Assembly (NCBI GenBank): GCA_034435375.1
Contig: DAOTXR010000037.1
Location: 76,280-140,279 of the forward strand
Length of the DNA: 64,000 nt
Reading direction: 5' to 3'
Origin: Anaerolineae bacterium
GTDB taxonomy: Bacteria; Chloroflexota; Anaerolineae; Aggregatilineales; UBA3940
This document shows, in pieces, positions 10,508 to 18,967 of this stretch. The position numbers were made by a program, and so were the translations under genes. The notes under the pieces were generated by a model. That model did no database searches. It had not been told where the DNA came from and saw nothing but the letters and a program-made list of their open reading frames with translations. Within the stretch, counting starts at the first letter, position 1. Each line of letters begins with the position of its first letter.

Positions 10508-12411
10508 TCGATTTATGGGTTGACCTGGCTGTCGCCGCGCTGATGCTGGCGGCGATCTACGGTGTGGGCCGCGCCATATGGCAGCTGGTGAAACTGCCGA
10601 TGTGGTGCCGCACCGCCGACCTGGCCTACGCTCTTGCTTTGGGGCTAGGCGCGATCTTGACGTTGCTGTTTGGCCTGGCGTTGGTCGGCTGGTTGCGCCC
10701 ACTGGCTGGCTGGTCTCTCATCGTCATTGGCGTGATTCTGGCTGCGCTCCAGTATCGCCAACTTCTGACCGACTTGACCGCCGCCTGGGGCGTCGCACGT
10801 CGGATGCTCACTACATCATGGTTTGTCAAAGTGGCGATGCTAATTACAGCAGCGTTTGTGCTGACGAACTTGGTTGGCAACCTTGCACCTCCGGTCGAAG
10901 GCGACACGGTGCACCAGTACTTGCTGGTGCCTCGTTACTGGGTAACCGAAGGGCGCTACGTGCAGCCGTCTCACATCTGGGCATCAACGCTGCCAGGCCA
11001 TATGATGATGCTCTCAGCATGGGCGCTGCTGCTGCGTGGAAGCTATAGCTTGGCCACGCTGGTCACCGGGCTGAGCATGAGTCTGCTGTTGGCGCTGGCT
11101 GTCTTTGCCTTGACCCGTCTGTACTTCGGGCGGGGGGTCGCGGCGTTGGCAGCGATGGCAATCTACACCATGCCCGATGCGGGTTACCTGGCCCAGTCCG
11201 CCAAGGTTGATATGGGCTGGGCCTTTTTCGAGACACTGGCATTGGCGGCCTTCTTCCGCTGGCTGGATCAGAGTGGAGCAAGCAGGGACGGTAAACTAGC
11301 GAAACCCCACCCAGAGCGCTGGCTGATCCTGGCCGGGGTATGCTTGGGGCTAGCTGCTGCGTCCAAGAATCAGACGGCGATCAGTGTGGCGCTACTGGGC
11401 CTGTGGCTCGTGCTGCGGCAGGCGCTGCGAGGCGAGTGGCGCAGCATGCTGCGGGCTGTGCTGGCTTTTGGCCTGGCAACGTTGATAGTAGCACTGCCCT
11501 ACTATCTGTACAACGGGATCGTCCACCACAACCCATTTTACCCGGTCTTTGCCGACCTGTTCACCAGACTGTTGGCAGCAACTCCTTCCCCACGCAGCGA
11601 GCTGGGCACCGAGATATTTTATCCGTGGACTGTAGGAGGATATCTCGCTAACCTGTGGAACTCATCGCTTGGGCACACCCGACCTGGTTTCTATCTAGGT
11701 TTTATTGCCGGGCCAGTCTTCCTGCTCACCATCCCTATTGGCGTTGGGCTGGGCTTGCTTCGTGGGGAGTATCCCGCGTGGCGAATGCTGGCTTACGCGC
11801 TTGCGTTCTCAGTAGTGTGGTTCCTGGTCAAGCAGGCAGTAAGACACTTTCTGCCAGGGCTGGTGCTGATGGCCTCTGTGGCCGGATTGGTTCTGTGGCG
11901 GCTCACCCAACGCCAGACCTGGCCACGGCGCATCGTGCTGGGTGTGACAGTCCTGTCGTTGGGCTGGAACCTGGTGAGCCAGTTAGGCGTGCTATACTGG
12001 AATGGCGCATATCGGGTGGCGCTTGGCCTGGAGAGTCGCGACGAGTATCTGCTCCGCTGGCACAACGAAGTGATCATCCCCATCTTCCCAGACTGGGAAA
12101 CCATTAGGGCGCTGAACGAGCTGCCCCCCTCCACGCGCGTCTTGGCCGAGCACGCAACCAGCCCACTCTATATAGAGCTGGACCTTGTTTCTGGCAATTG
12201 GGGGGATCGTGAAAATTTGGATGGGATTGCGGATCCGAAGGTGCTGATCGATAAGCTTGAGGCGCAACATATCGACTACATTCTGGTATACAATGCCGAT
12301 CCGGACGAGACTCGGCTATTTACCCGGCCAGACTTCCTGGCTGCGTATGGTACGCTGGTGTACGAGGGAGAACGGGCACGGTTGTATCGCATTGCAGAGC
12401 CGGAGAGGTGA
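10504..12411 (+). CDS. Polytopic membrane protein, putative GT-C fold glycosyltransferase (ArnT/PMT, GT39/GT83-like)
   Basis: It has about 12 or more predicted TM helices and an acidic first external loop (PPVEGDTVHQY). A soluble C-terminal domain of about 130 aa follows. ATG 10504 overlaps the upstream stop (ATGA). The track's 10387 extension lies inside the upstream gene. Confidence 0.65.
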   Translation: MIDLWVDLAVAALMLAAIYGVGRAIWQLVKLPMWCRTADLAYALALGLGAILTLLFGLALVGWLRPLAGWSLIVIGVILAALQYRQLLTDLTAAWGVARRMLTTSWFVKVAMLITAAFVLTNLVGNLAPPVEGDTVHQYLLVPRYWVTEGRYVQPSHIWASTLPGHMMMLSAWALLLRGSYSLATLVTGLSMSLLLALAVFALTRLYFGRGVAALAAMAIYTMPDAGYLAQSAKVDMGWAFFETLALAAFFRWLDQSGASRDGKLAKPHPERWLILAGVCLGLAAASKNQTAISVALLGLWLVLRQALRGEWRSMLRAVLAFGLATLIVALPYYLYNGIVHHNPFYPVFADLFTRLLAATPSPRSELGTEIFYPWTVGGYLANLWNSSLGHTRPGFYLGFIAGPVFLLTIPIGVGLGLLRGEYPAWRMLAYALAFSVVWFLVKQAVRHFLPGLVLMASVAGLVLWRLTQRQTWPRRIVLGVTVLSLGWNLVSQLGVLYWNGAYRVALGLESRDEYLLRWHNEVIIPIFPDWETIRALNELPPSTRVLAEHATSPLYIELDLVSGNWGDRENLDGIADPKVLIDKLEAQHIDYILVYNADPDETRLFTRPDFLAAYGTLVYEGERARLYRIAEPER

Positions 12412-12417
12412 TGGGCT

Positions 12418-14298
12418 ATGTGTGGTATCTGGGGAGCTGTCAACGTCGCAGACGAACAGGCCGCCGAGGCCGCCGCTTGTGCCATGCGCCATCGTGGCCC
12501 AGATGACCATGGCATATTCGTGGCCCACGAGCCGGTGCCAGTGTCGTTAGCTAACACTCGGCTGGCGATCATCGACCTCTCGCCAGGCGGGCATCAGCCG
12601 ATGGCGGCTGAGGATGGGCGCTACTGGATTGTCTACAATGGCGAGGTGTACAACTACCAGCCGCTGCGTCAAGTGCTGCAAGGCGCTGGTCATCGGTTCT
12701 CCTCAGACAGTGACACCGAAGTGATCCTGCACGCTTACATCGAGTGGGGCGAGAAGTGCCTGGAACACCTGCGCGGCATGTTTGCCTTAGCCATCTGGGA
12801 TGTTGTGGAGGGCAAGCTGTTCGCTGCTCGTGACCGGCTGGGCATCAAACCGCTGTACTACGCTCAAGCAGGTGATGGGGAAGCGCGGTTTGCGTTTGCC
12901 TCGGAGCTTAAGGCCCTGATTGCCAGCGGCATGGTCGAACCGCGCCTCAATCTTGCAGCGTTGCATCATTACCTCTCGTTCTACTCTGTTCCATCGCCGT
13001 ACACCATCCTGGCAGGCGTCGAGGCGCTGCCGCCGGGCCACTATTTGACTTACCAGGGCGGGCAACTGAAGATCACCCAGTATTGGGCGTTGCCACCCGC
13101 TGAGCCCCTTGGCATGAGCGAGGACGAGATCGTGGCGAAGCTGCGGGAGTTGCTGGAAGAGTCAATCCGGCTGCGGATGATCGCCGATGTGCCAGTGGGA
13201 GCCTTCCTATCAGGGGGCATCGACTCAAGCGCTGTGGTAGCCCTGATGACCCGTGCCACCGGGGACCGACTGCGCACGTTCTCGATCGGCTTTGGCAACG
13301 AAGGGCGGAAGATCGACGAGCGCTCCCATGCACGGCTGCTGGCCGATTACTACGACACTGAGCACACTGAGGTGATCGTTACCGGCCAGCAGGTGCGCAA
13401 CGAGTTAGAAGCGATCATCCGGGCTATGGATCAGCCTTCAGGCGACGGGTTGAATACCTACCTGGTGTCGCAGGCCACAGCCAAACACGTCAAGGTGGCG
13501 CTGTCGGGCCTGGGGGGAGATGAACTCTTCGCCGGGTATCCCCAATTTAGAATGTTTCGGCAGGCCGATCAAGCGGGTAAGGTTTGGCACAGGCTGCCAG
13601 GTGTGGCAAGACAGGGGGTGCGTGGAAGCGCCTCCGTGGTAGGGACCGCGCGACGTGCAATCACCTGGTTGGATGGTGGTCTGCTCGAACGTTATGAACG
13701 TGTGCGCATTCTGTTCGACGAGCAGAGCAAGCAGGCGCTTTACACACCGGACACGGCAGCAGCTATGGCTGATCTCCAGCCTTCGTTAGATTACCTGGAG
13801 CGCTTTGTCCATCCAGCAGAGACGGACAGCGTCGTCCAGCTTACGCGGCTGGAGCTGCTCAACTATATGGCGCACACCCTGCTGCGCGACACTGACGCCA
13901 TGAGCATGGCTCACTCGTTAGAGGTGCGTGTTCCGCTGATCGACCACAAGCTGGTCGAGTTTGCAGTGCGTATCCCGTCGCCAATGAAGCTGCACGGGCG
14001 ACGTGGCAAGTGGGTTTTCGCCCAGGCGCTGGCCGATGTGCTGCCCCGTGAGACGCTGGCGCGACCCAAGCGGGGCTTTGAGATGCCGATGGCGACCTGG
14101 ATGCGCCATGAGTTACAAGATGTACTCAACGATGTCTTCTCATCGCGGTCAGTGGCCCAGCGTGGCCTGTTCAACATCGAGGCCGTCAGCACCATTTACC
14201 GTCACTTTCGAGAGGGTCGTGGCCCCTATGTGCGGGTCTGGGCACTGGCTGCGCTTGAGCTGTGGATGAGGCAGTTTATCGACGGAGACGGCCTGTAA
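12418..14298 (+). CDS. Asparagine synthase-type glutamine amidotransferase (canonical; WbpS-like role plausible)
   Basis: The N terminus is MCGIWG, giving Cys1 after Met removal. Other motifs are HRGPD, TRLAIIDLSPGGHQP, YNGEVYNY, SDSDTEV and the PP-loop FLSGGIDSS. Confidence 0.9.
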   Translation: MCGIWGAVNVADEQAAEAAACAMRHRGPDDHGIFVAHEPVPVSLANTRLAIIDLSPGGHQPMAAEDGRYWIVYNGEVYNYQPLRQVLQGAGHRFSSDSDTEVILHAYIEWGEKCLEHLRGMFALAIWDVVEGKLFAARDRLGIKPLYYAQAGDGEARFAFASELKALIASGMVEPRLNLAALHHYLSFYSVPSPYTILAGVEALPPGHYLTYQGGQLKITQYWALPPAEPLGMSEDEIVAKLRELLEESIRLRMIADVPVGAFLSGGIDSSAVVALMTRATGDRLRTFSIGFGNEGRKIDERSHARLLADYYDTEHTEVIVTGQQVRNELEAIIRAMDQPSGDGLNTYLVSQATAKHVKVALSGLGGDELFAGYPQFRMFRQADQAGKVWHRLPGVARQGVRGSASVVGTARRAITWLDGGLLERYERVRILFDEQSKQALYTPDTAAAMADLQPSLDYLERFVHPAETDSVVQLTRLELLNYMAHTLLRDTDAMSMAHSLEVRVPLIDHKLVEFAVRIPSPMKLHGRRGKWVFAQALADVLPRETLARPKRGFEMPMATWMRHELQDVLNDVFSSRSVAQRGLFNIEAVSTIYRHFREGRGPYVRVWALAALELWMRQFIDGDGL

Positions 14299-15228
14299 AT
14301 GCCAGAAACTGGGCATCCGCTGGTCAGCATTATCGTACCTACCTATAACGAGGAAGCTGACATCGCACGCACAATGGACGCACTCGCAGCGCTAACCTAC
14401 CATCCGCTGGAGGTCGTGGTTGTTGATGCGTCCACCGATCGCACGCCGGAGATCGTCCAGAGCTTCTCGGATCGCATCCCCAACCTGAGGCTGATCCGGC
14501 AGAGGCCCAAACCCGGCGTGTCGGTGGCACGCAACGATGGGCTGCGAGAGGCGAAGGGCGAGATCGTCGTCATCCTCAATGCAGACGTGTTCCCCGACAC
14601 GGATTTTGTCAATCGGATCATGGCCCACTATGAGCAGGGAGCTGACTACGTGCTGGTCGACTCCCAGGTGACAAATGTGGAGCACCTGTTTCCACGCTAC
14701 ATTCAGGCGCAGCACCGCTACGAACAGCTACACAACCCAACTGTGGCCGACTGGACTGAGGGCTATTCCTGCCGACGGGAGGCCGCACTCTCCGTAGGGG
14801 GGTTCCCAGAGGAGTTTGGGCGTAACACTGCGGGTGAGGACGGCATCTTCGCTGAGCGGATGCGCAGCCGCTACCGACGGGCAGTAGATTTTTCGATCGT
14901 TGTGCCACATGTCGCTCCAGCCAGCTTCCGAGAGTATTGGCGCCAAAGGTTGGGGCGCGGGCGCGGCGGAGCCTATCGCCTGTATGCCTACGAAAGACGG
15001 CCAATGCGTTGGGGAGCAATTGCGCAGTCAGTTCTGGGAACATGGTTCCTGGCAGCAATTCTGGTTCCGGCGCTGATCCATGCCTGGCGCATTTCACCGT
15101 ACTCGCCGCGAGGCAGGCGCGACTGGCTGCCTCTGGTGTGGGCACGTCTGATCGAGATGGTCGCTGGCGCTGCGGGATATGGGGATGGCTGCCTGGAGAT
15201 CGCACGGCTGGGCCTGAACAAACCATGA
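14299..15228 (+). CDS. Glycosyltransferase family 2 with C-terminal TM helices
   Basis: The GT-A motifs VSIIVPTYNEE..VVVVDASTD..ILNADV are present. The start codon abuts the upstream stop. Confidence 0.88.
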   Translation: MPETGHPLVSIIVPTYNEEADIARTMDALAALTYHPLEVVVVDASTDRTPEIVQSFSDRIPNLRLIRQRPKPGVSVARNDGLREAKGEIVVILNADVFPDTDFVNRIMAHYEQGADYVLVDSQVTNVEHLFPRYIQAQHRYEQLHNPTVADWTEGYSCRREAALSVGGFPEEFGRNTAGEDGIFAERMRSRYRRAVDFSIVVPHVAPASFREYWRQRLGRGRGGAYRLYAYERRPMRWGAIAQSVLGTWFLAAILVPALIHAWRISPYSPRGRRDWLPLVWARLIEMVAGAAGYGDGCLEIARLGLNKP

Positions 15229-16448
15229 GACGCATCCTGTACATTCACCACGGAGGAGAGATCGGCGGCGCACCGCTGAGCCTGCTGTACCTACTGCGGT
15301 ACCTGGACCGCTCCCGCTACGAACCGGTGGTCGTGGCTCTCAAACCGGGGCCTGTAGTTGACCTATACCGGACAGAAGGCATTGAGGTCATCATCGAGAC
15401 GGGGATCAGCGACTTCAGCCACACTACGCTAGAGTGGTATGGCGGGCGCAACTTGTGGCGGCTACCTGGCAAAGTCGCCACCTTCTGGCCATCAGTCCAA
15501 CGCACACGGGAGGTAATCCGCCGCCTGAAGCCAGATTTGGTACACTTGAACTCATCGACGCTGGTTCCCTCGGCCATCGCCTGCAGGCGGGAAGGGATAC
15601 CGGTTGTATGGCACATTCGCGAACCGTTGACCCAGGGCTACCTGGGCCTACGGCGGGCCTGGCTCCGCTCCGTGATTGACCGCACGGCAACCCGCGTGAT
15701 CGCCATTTGCCAGAACGACGCCGACCAGTTGCGCCCCAGTGACCGGATACGTGTGATTTACAATTTTGTGCACTTTGCCCAGTTTGATCGAACCCTGACA
15801 GGCGATGCCTTTCGGGCAGAACATGGCATTCCGCCAGAGTCGCCAGTGGTCACCATGCTGGGAGGTATCTCCGAGCCTAAGGGGACCTTGGTGCTGATCC
15901 GTGCGCTGCCCGACCTGGTAGCCGCGATCCCCACCGTAAAGGTGGTCATTGCGGGACCGCTCCCCCAACCGCCTGGTGATCGCAACTTGAAGAGGCTAGT
16001 CAAATGGCTGTTGGCTGCTGATGCCTACGAGAGAGAAGTGCGCCGTGCTATTGACAGACTCGACAGACAAGTTCGCGCAGCGCTGATCTTCACTGGCGTG
16101 CGGCGCGACATCCCTCAGGTGTTGGCTGCTACGACCTGCCTGGTGTTTCCCTCGGTGGTGCCACACTTTGCCCGGCCCATCATCGAAGCCGCAGCGATGG
16201 CAGTGCCATGTGTGGCATCTGATCTGGGTGGTCCAAGAGAGCTGGTAGTGCATGGCAAGACAGGTATATTGGTACCTCCGGGCGACGCTGGCGCGTTGGC
16301 TGCTGGCCTCTCCAGTGTGTTGCGCGACCAGCAGCATGCTCGCGCTATGGGTCAGACAGCCTATGAACGCGCGCGGCAGATGTTCGACGCCCATACCAAC
16401 GCGGCTGCCACTGTGGCTGTGTATGACGAAATGAGCAACGCTGATTAG
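15225..16448 (+). CDS. Glycosyltransferase, GT-B fold (GT4-like)
   Basis: It begins MRRILYIHHGGEIGGAP, and the C-terminal region has FARPIIEAAAMAVPCVASDLGGPRELV..GKTG. ATG 15225 overlaps the upstream TGA. The track's 14937 extension overlaps the GT2 gene in another frame. Confidence 0.88.
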   Translation: MRRILYIHHGGEIGGAPLSLLYLLRYLDRSRYEPVVVALKPGPVVDLYRTEGIEVIIETGISDFSHTTLEWYGGRNLWRLPGKVATFWPSVQRTREVIRRLKPDLVHLNSSTLVPSAIACRREGIPVVWHIREPLTQGYLGLRRAWLRSVIDRTATRVIAICQNDADQLRPSDRIRVIYNFVHFAQFDRTLTGDAFRAEHGIPPESPVVTMLGGISEPKGTLVLIRALPDLVAAIPTVKVVIAGPLPQPPGDRNLKRLVKWLLAADAYEREVRRAIDRLDRQVRAALIFTGVRRDIPQVLAATTCLVFPSVVPHFARPIIEAAAMAVPCVASDLGGPRELVVHGKTGILVPPGDAGALAAGLSSVLRDQQHARAMGQTAYERARQMFDAHTNAAATVAVYDEMSNAD

Positions 16449-16622
16449 GATCTCTACTAACACCGATGGCAACACGCAAGCAGGTAGGCTAGAAGCTGCA
16501 GATGGATCAAGCGTCGATGATGCCTGAGCCGCGAACCGGGGCAGGTGCAACCGAGCAGTACGTGGTAAACTTGAGAGCAAAACGTCAGGGATTTGGTACA
16601 ACTGGGAAACAGCGATTCAGCG

Positions 16623-18902
16623 ATGTCCGTTCCCACACGTGATCTGCCGCGCGTAGCGTGGCGTCGAATATTACGCGAACTTAGAACCCAGATGGCTCCG
16701 CGCACACCGCGCGAGATCCAAGTAGGGTCAAGCATCCAGGAGATCGCCGAACAGCTCCGCTCACGGCAGACTCCCCGTTTCTTTGGCCTGTTCCCCGAAC
16801 AGGCCGCATTGATTGCCCGATTTTTCCCGGAGGCGCGTAAGCTGACTATTGAGCAGGCAGATAAGATCCGCGCTCATCGTCTTGACCTCCTGGGATCGGG
16901 CGAGCAGGACCTCGGCACGCCGATCAAGTGGCACTGCGATTTCAAGAGCGGCCACACCTGGCCGCTGGAGCACCATACGCGCCTGACATTGTTCGATCCA
17001 GCAGGCGGCTTCGACGTCAAGGTGCCCTGGGAGCTAAGCCGCTTCTATCACGCTGTAAGGCTGGGGCAGGCTTACCTTTACACCCTCGATGAGGTATATG
17101 CTCAGGAGATTGTCGATCAGATTACGCATTGGATACAGGCCAACCCCTACGAATTTGGGGTCAACTGGGCTGGACCGATGGATGTGGCCATCCGGGCGGT
17201 CAACTGGATATGGGCCTACTACTTCATCCTTGAAGCGAAGGCATTGAACACACCCTTCCTGGCGCTGTGGCTGGCCAGCTTGCGCCAGCATGGCGAGTAC
17301 CTGCTCAAGCACCTCGAAGATGGCTGGCCGCGCACTAACCACTTGATCACCAACCTGACAGGGCTAGCGTACCTGGGCATCCTGTTCCCAGAGTTTCCTG
17401 AGGCGAGCCGGTGGCGCGCTGTGGGACTTAGGCGGTTGTGGGAGGAACTTGATCGCCAAGTGCATCCGGATGGCATGAGCTATGAAGCCTCTTTGCCATA
17501 CCACAGGCTAGTCACCGAGATGGTACTCAGCGTGGCTGGGTTGTGTGTGGTCAACAACATCCACATTCCAGAGACGACATTGGTTCGGCTGCGGTCAATG
17601 TTGGATGTGATCATGGCCTTTGTCCAGCCAAACGGCACAACTCCGCTGATCGGCGATGTGGATGATGGGCGTCTATTGCCGCTTTCAGTCCATGAGGACC
17701 CCCTGCAGGGAATCAACGACTATCGCCATCTGCTAGCCCTGGGGTCGCTGGTGTTAGAGCGCGAGTTAAACGAATGGGCTGGCTTCGTTGAACCGACCCG
17801 CAGCGGGTGGTCAATTGCAGCAGGCAGCGAGTGGCAGGATGCCTTCTGGTACTTCGTATCAGATGCCTCGGCGCGCTTCACAGATGTGATCACTCAGACC
17901 ACGCCTCGCCCGGAGAATGTTCCCCTGGATGATTGGGTGGACGTGAAGCCCGGTGTACGGGTGCGAGCACGAGCGTTGGCCCGCAAGCCGTTGACGTTGG
18001 ATGCCGTGGCCGGGTCGCGTGGCTTCGAGGCCAGCGGCCTGTACGTGATGCGCCACCATGACTTCCACCTGACGATTGACGCAGGCAGTGTGGGGCAAGA
18101 TGGAGCCGGCGGCCACGCCCACAACGATACGCTCAGTCTGACCCTCTGTGCCTATGGCCGTGCCTTCCTGATCGATCCCGGCAGCTATACCTACACTGCT
18201 GACCCCCAAGCTCGGAATGAGTTCCGTTCGACTGCCTCTCACAATGTGCTCCAGGTGGCGGATCAAGAGATCAACCGCCTGCCAGATGATCTGTTTCGCC
18301 TCTACAATGACGCCCAAGTGACCATCCATCACTGGATCTCACAGCCAGCCTTCGATCTGTTCGACGCCTCACACAACGGATATGCGCGGCTCCAGCCAGG
18401 CGTCATCCACCGCCGCCAGGTGTGGTTCGATAAGTTGGCCTCACTATGGGTGCTGCACGACCAGGTCAGGCTCACCGAGCGGCCTGGCTCGGCAGCAAAA
18501 GAACCACAGGACGGCCACGAAACCCCTGCAGCGAACCAACCTGAGATCGATGTGACCTTGTGGTTCCACTTCGCTTCGCTGTTGGTACGCCTGGATCGCA
18601 CCAATAACGCCATTCGGACTGAGGCCAGCTCTGGCCCTAACCTGATCATTCTCCCCTTAGGCGACTTCCCCCTTAAGGCCGAGCTGGGTGTCGGCTGGTA
18701 TGCTCCACGTTATGGAGTCAGAAAAAAAGCGCCAGTTGCCAGATTTAAAGGGCGCGTTAAACTCCCTGCCGACTTCGTGCTGCTGCTTTATCCTCACCGC
18801 GCCAGGGTCGATTTTGACGCAGTGCGTAACGCTGGGCGTGCGGCTCTGGTGAACATGCGGCAAATGCTGGCCCCGACACGCAAGTCGGGAAAGGGCAGCT
18901 GA
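16623..18902 (+). CDS. Heparinase II/III-like family protein, apparently cytoplasmic (no signal peptide)
   Basis: The N-terminal alginate-lyase-like helical region includes KIRAHRLDLLGSG..WHCDFKSGHTW..WELSRFYH. The C-terminal heparinase II/III-like region has the GGHAHNDTLSLTL motif. The start is ambiguous between TTG 16593 and ATG 16623. Confidence 0.85.
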   Translation: MSVPTRDLPRVAWRRILRELRTQMAPRTPREIQVGSSIQEIAEQLRSRQTPRFFGLFPEQAALIARFFPEARKLTIEQADKIRAHRLDLLGSGEQDLGTPIKWHCDFKSGHTWPLEHHTRLTLFDPAGGFDVKVPWELSRFYHAVRLGQAYLYTLDEVYAQEIVDQITHWIQANPYEFGVNWAGPMDVAIRAVNWIWAYYFILEAKALNTPFLALWLASLRQHGEYLLKHLEDGWPRTNHLITNLTGLAYLGILFPEFPEASRWRAVGLRRLWEELDRQVHPDGMSYEASLPYHRLVTEMVLSVAGLCVVNNIHIPETTLVRLRSMLDVIMAFVQPNGTTPLIGDVDDGRLLPLSVHEDPLQGINDYRHLLALGSLVLERELNEWAGFVEPTRSGWSIAAGSEWQDAFWYFVSDASARFTDVITQTTPRPENVPLDDWVDVKPGVRVRARALARKPLTLDAVAGSRGFEASGLYVMRHHDFHLTIDAGSVGQDGAGGHAHNDTLSLTLCAYGRAFLIDPGSYTYTADPQARNEFRSTASHNVLQVADQEINRLPDDLFRLYNDAQVTIHHWISQPAFDLFDASHNGYARLQPGVIHRRQVWFDKLASLWVLHDQVRLTERPGSAAKEPQDGHETPAANQPEIDVTLWFHFASLLVRLDRTNNAIRTEASSGPNLIILPLGDFPLKAELGVGWYAPRYGVRKKAPVARFKGRVKLPADFVLLLYPHRARVDFDAVRNAGRAALVNMRQMLAPTRKSGKGS

Positions 18903-18967
18903 GTAGTGTTAGGGCAGCTCGGTGGCGCCACTTTTGAACACCGGGGATTCGGACAACACAACAGGAC

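Noticed and set aside
12418-14298. The AsnB homologs (also 24669-26591) could be lasso-peptide cyclases, marking a RiPP cluster.
   Set aside because: Both keep a full N-terminal glutaminase-type domain and are about 630 aa long. There is no precursor peptide, transglutaminase-like protease or RRE/PqqD-like gene. They are embedded among glycosyltransferases, so a sugar amidotransferase role fits better.
14937-15224. Long N-terminal extensions proposed by the ORF track (14937 for the GT4; also 10387, 26645, 35096, 36505, 41197, 42776, 8980).
   Set aside because: The extensions overlap the preceding gene or promoter and have non-protein-like composition. Internal starts have good RBS or ATGA coupling and restore canonical N termini.
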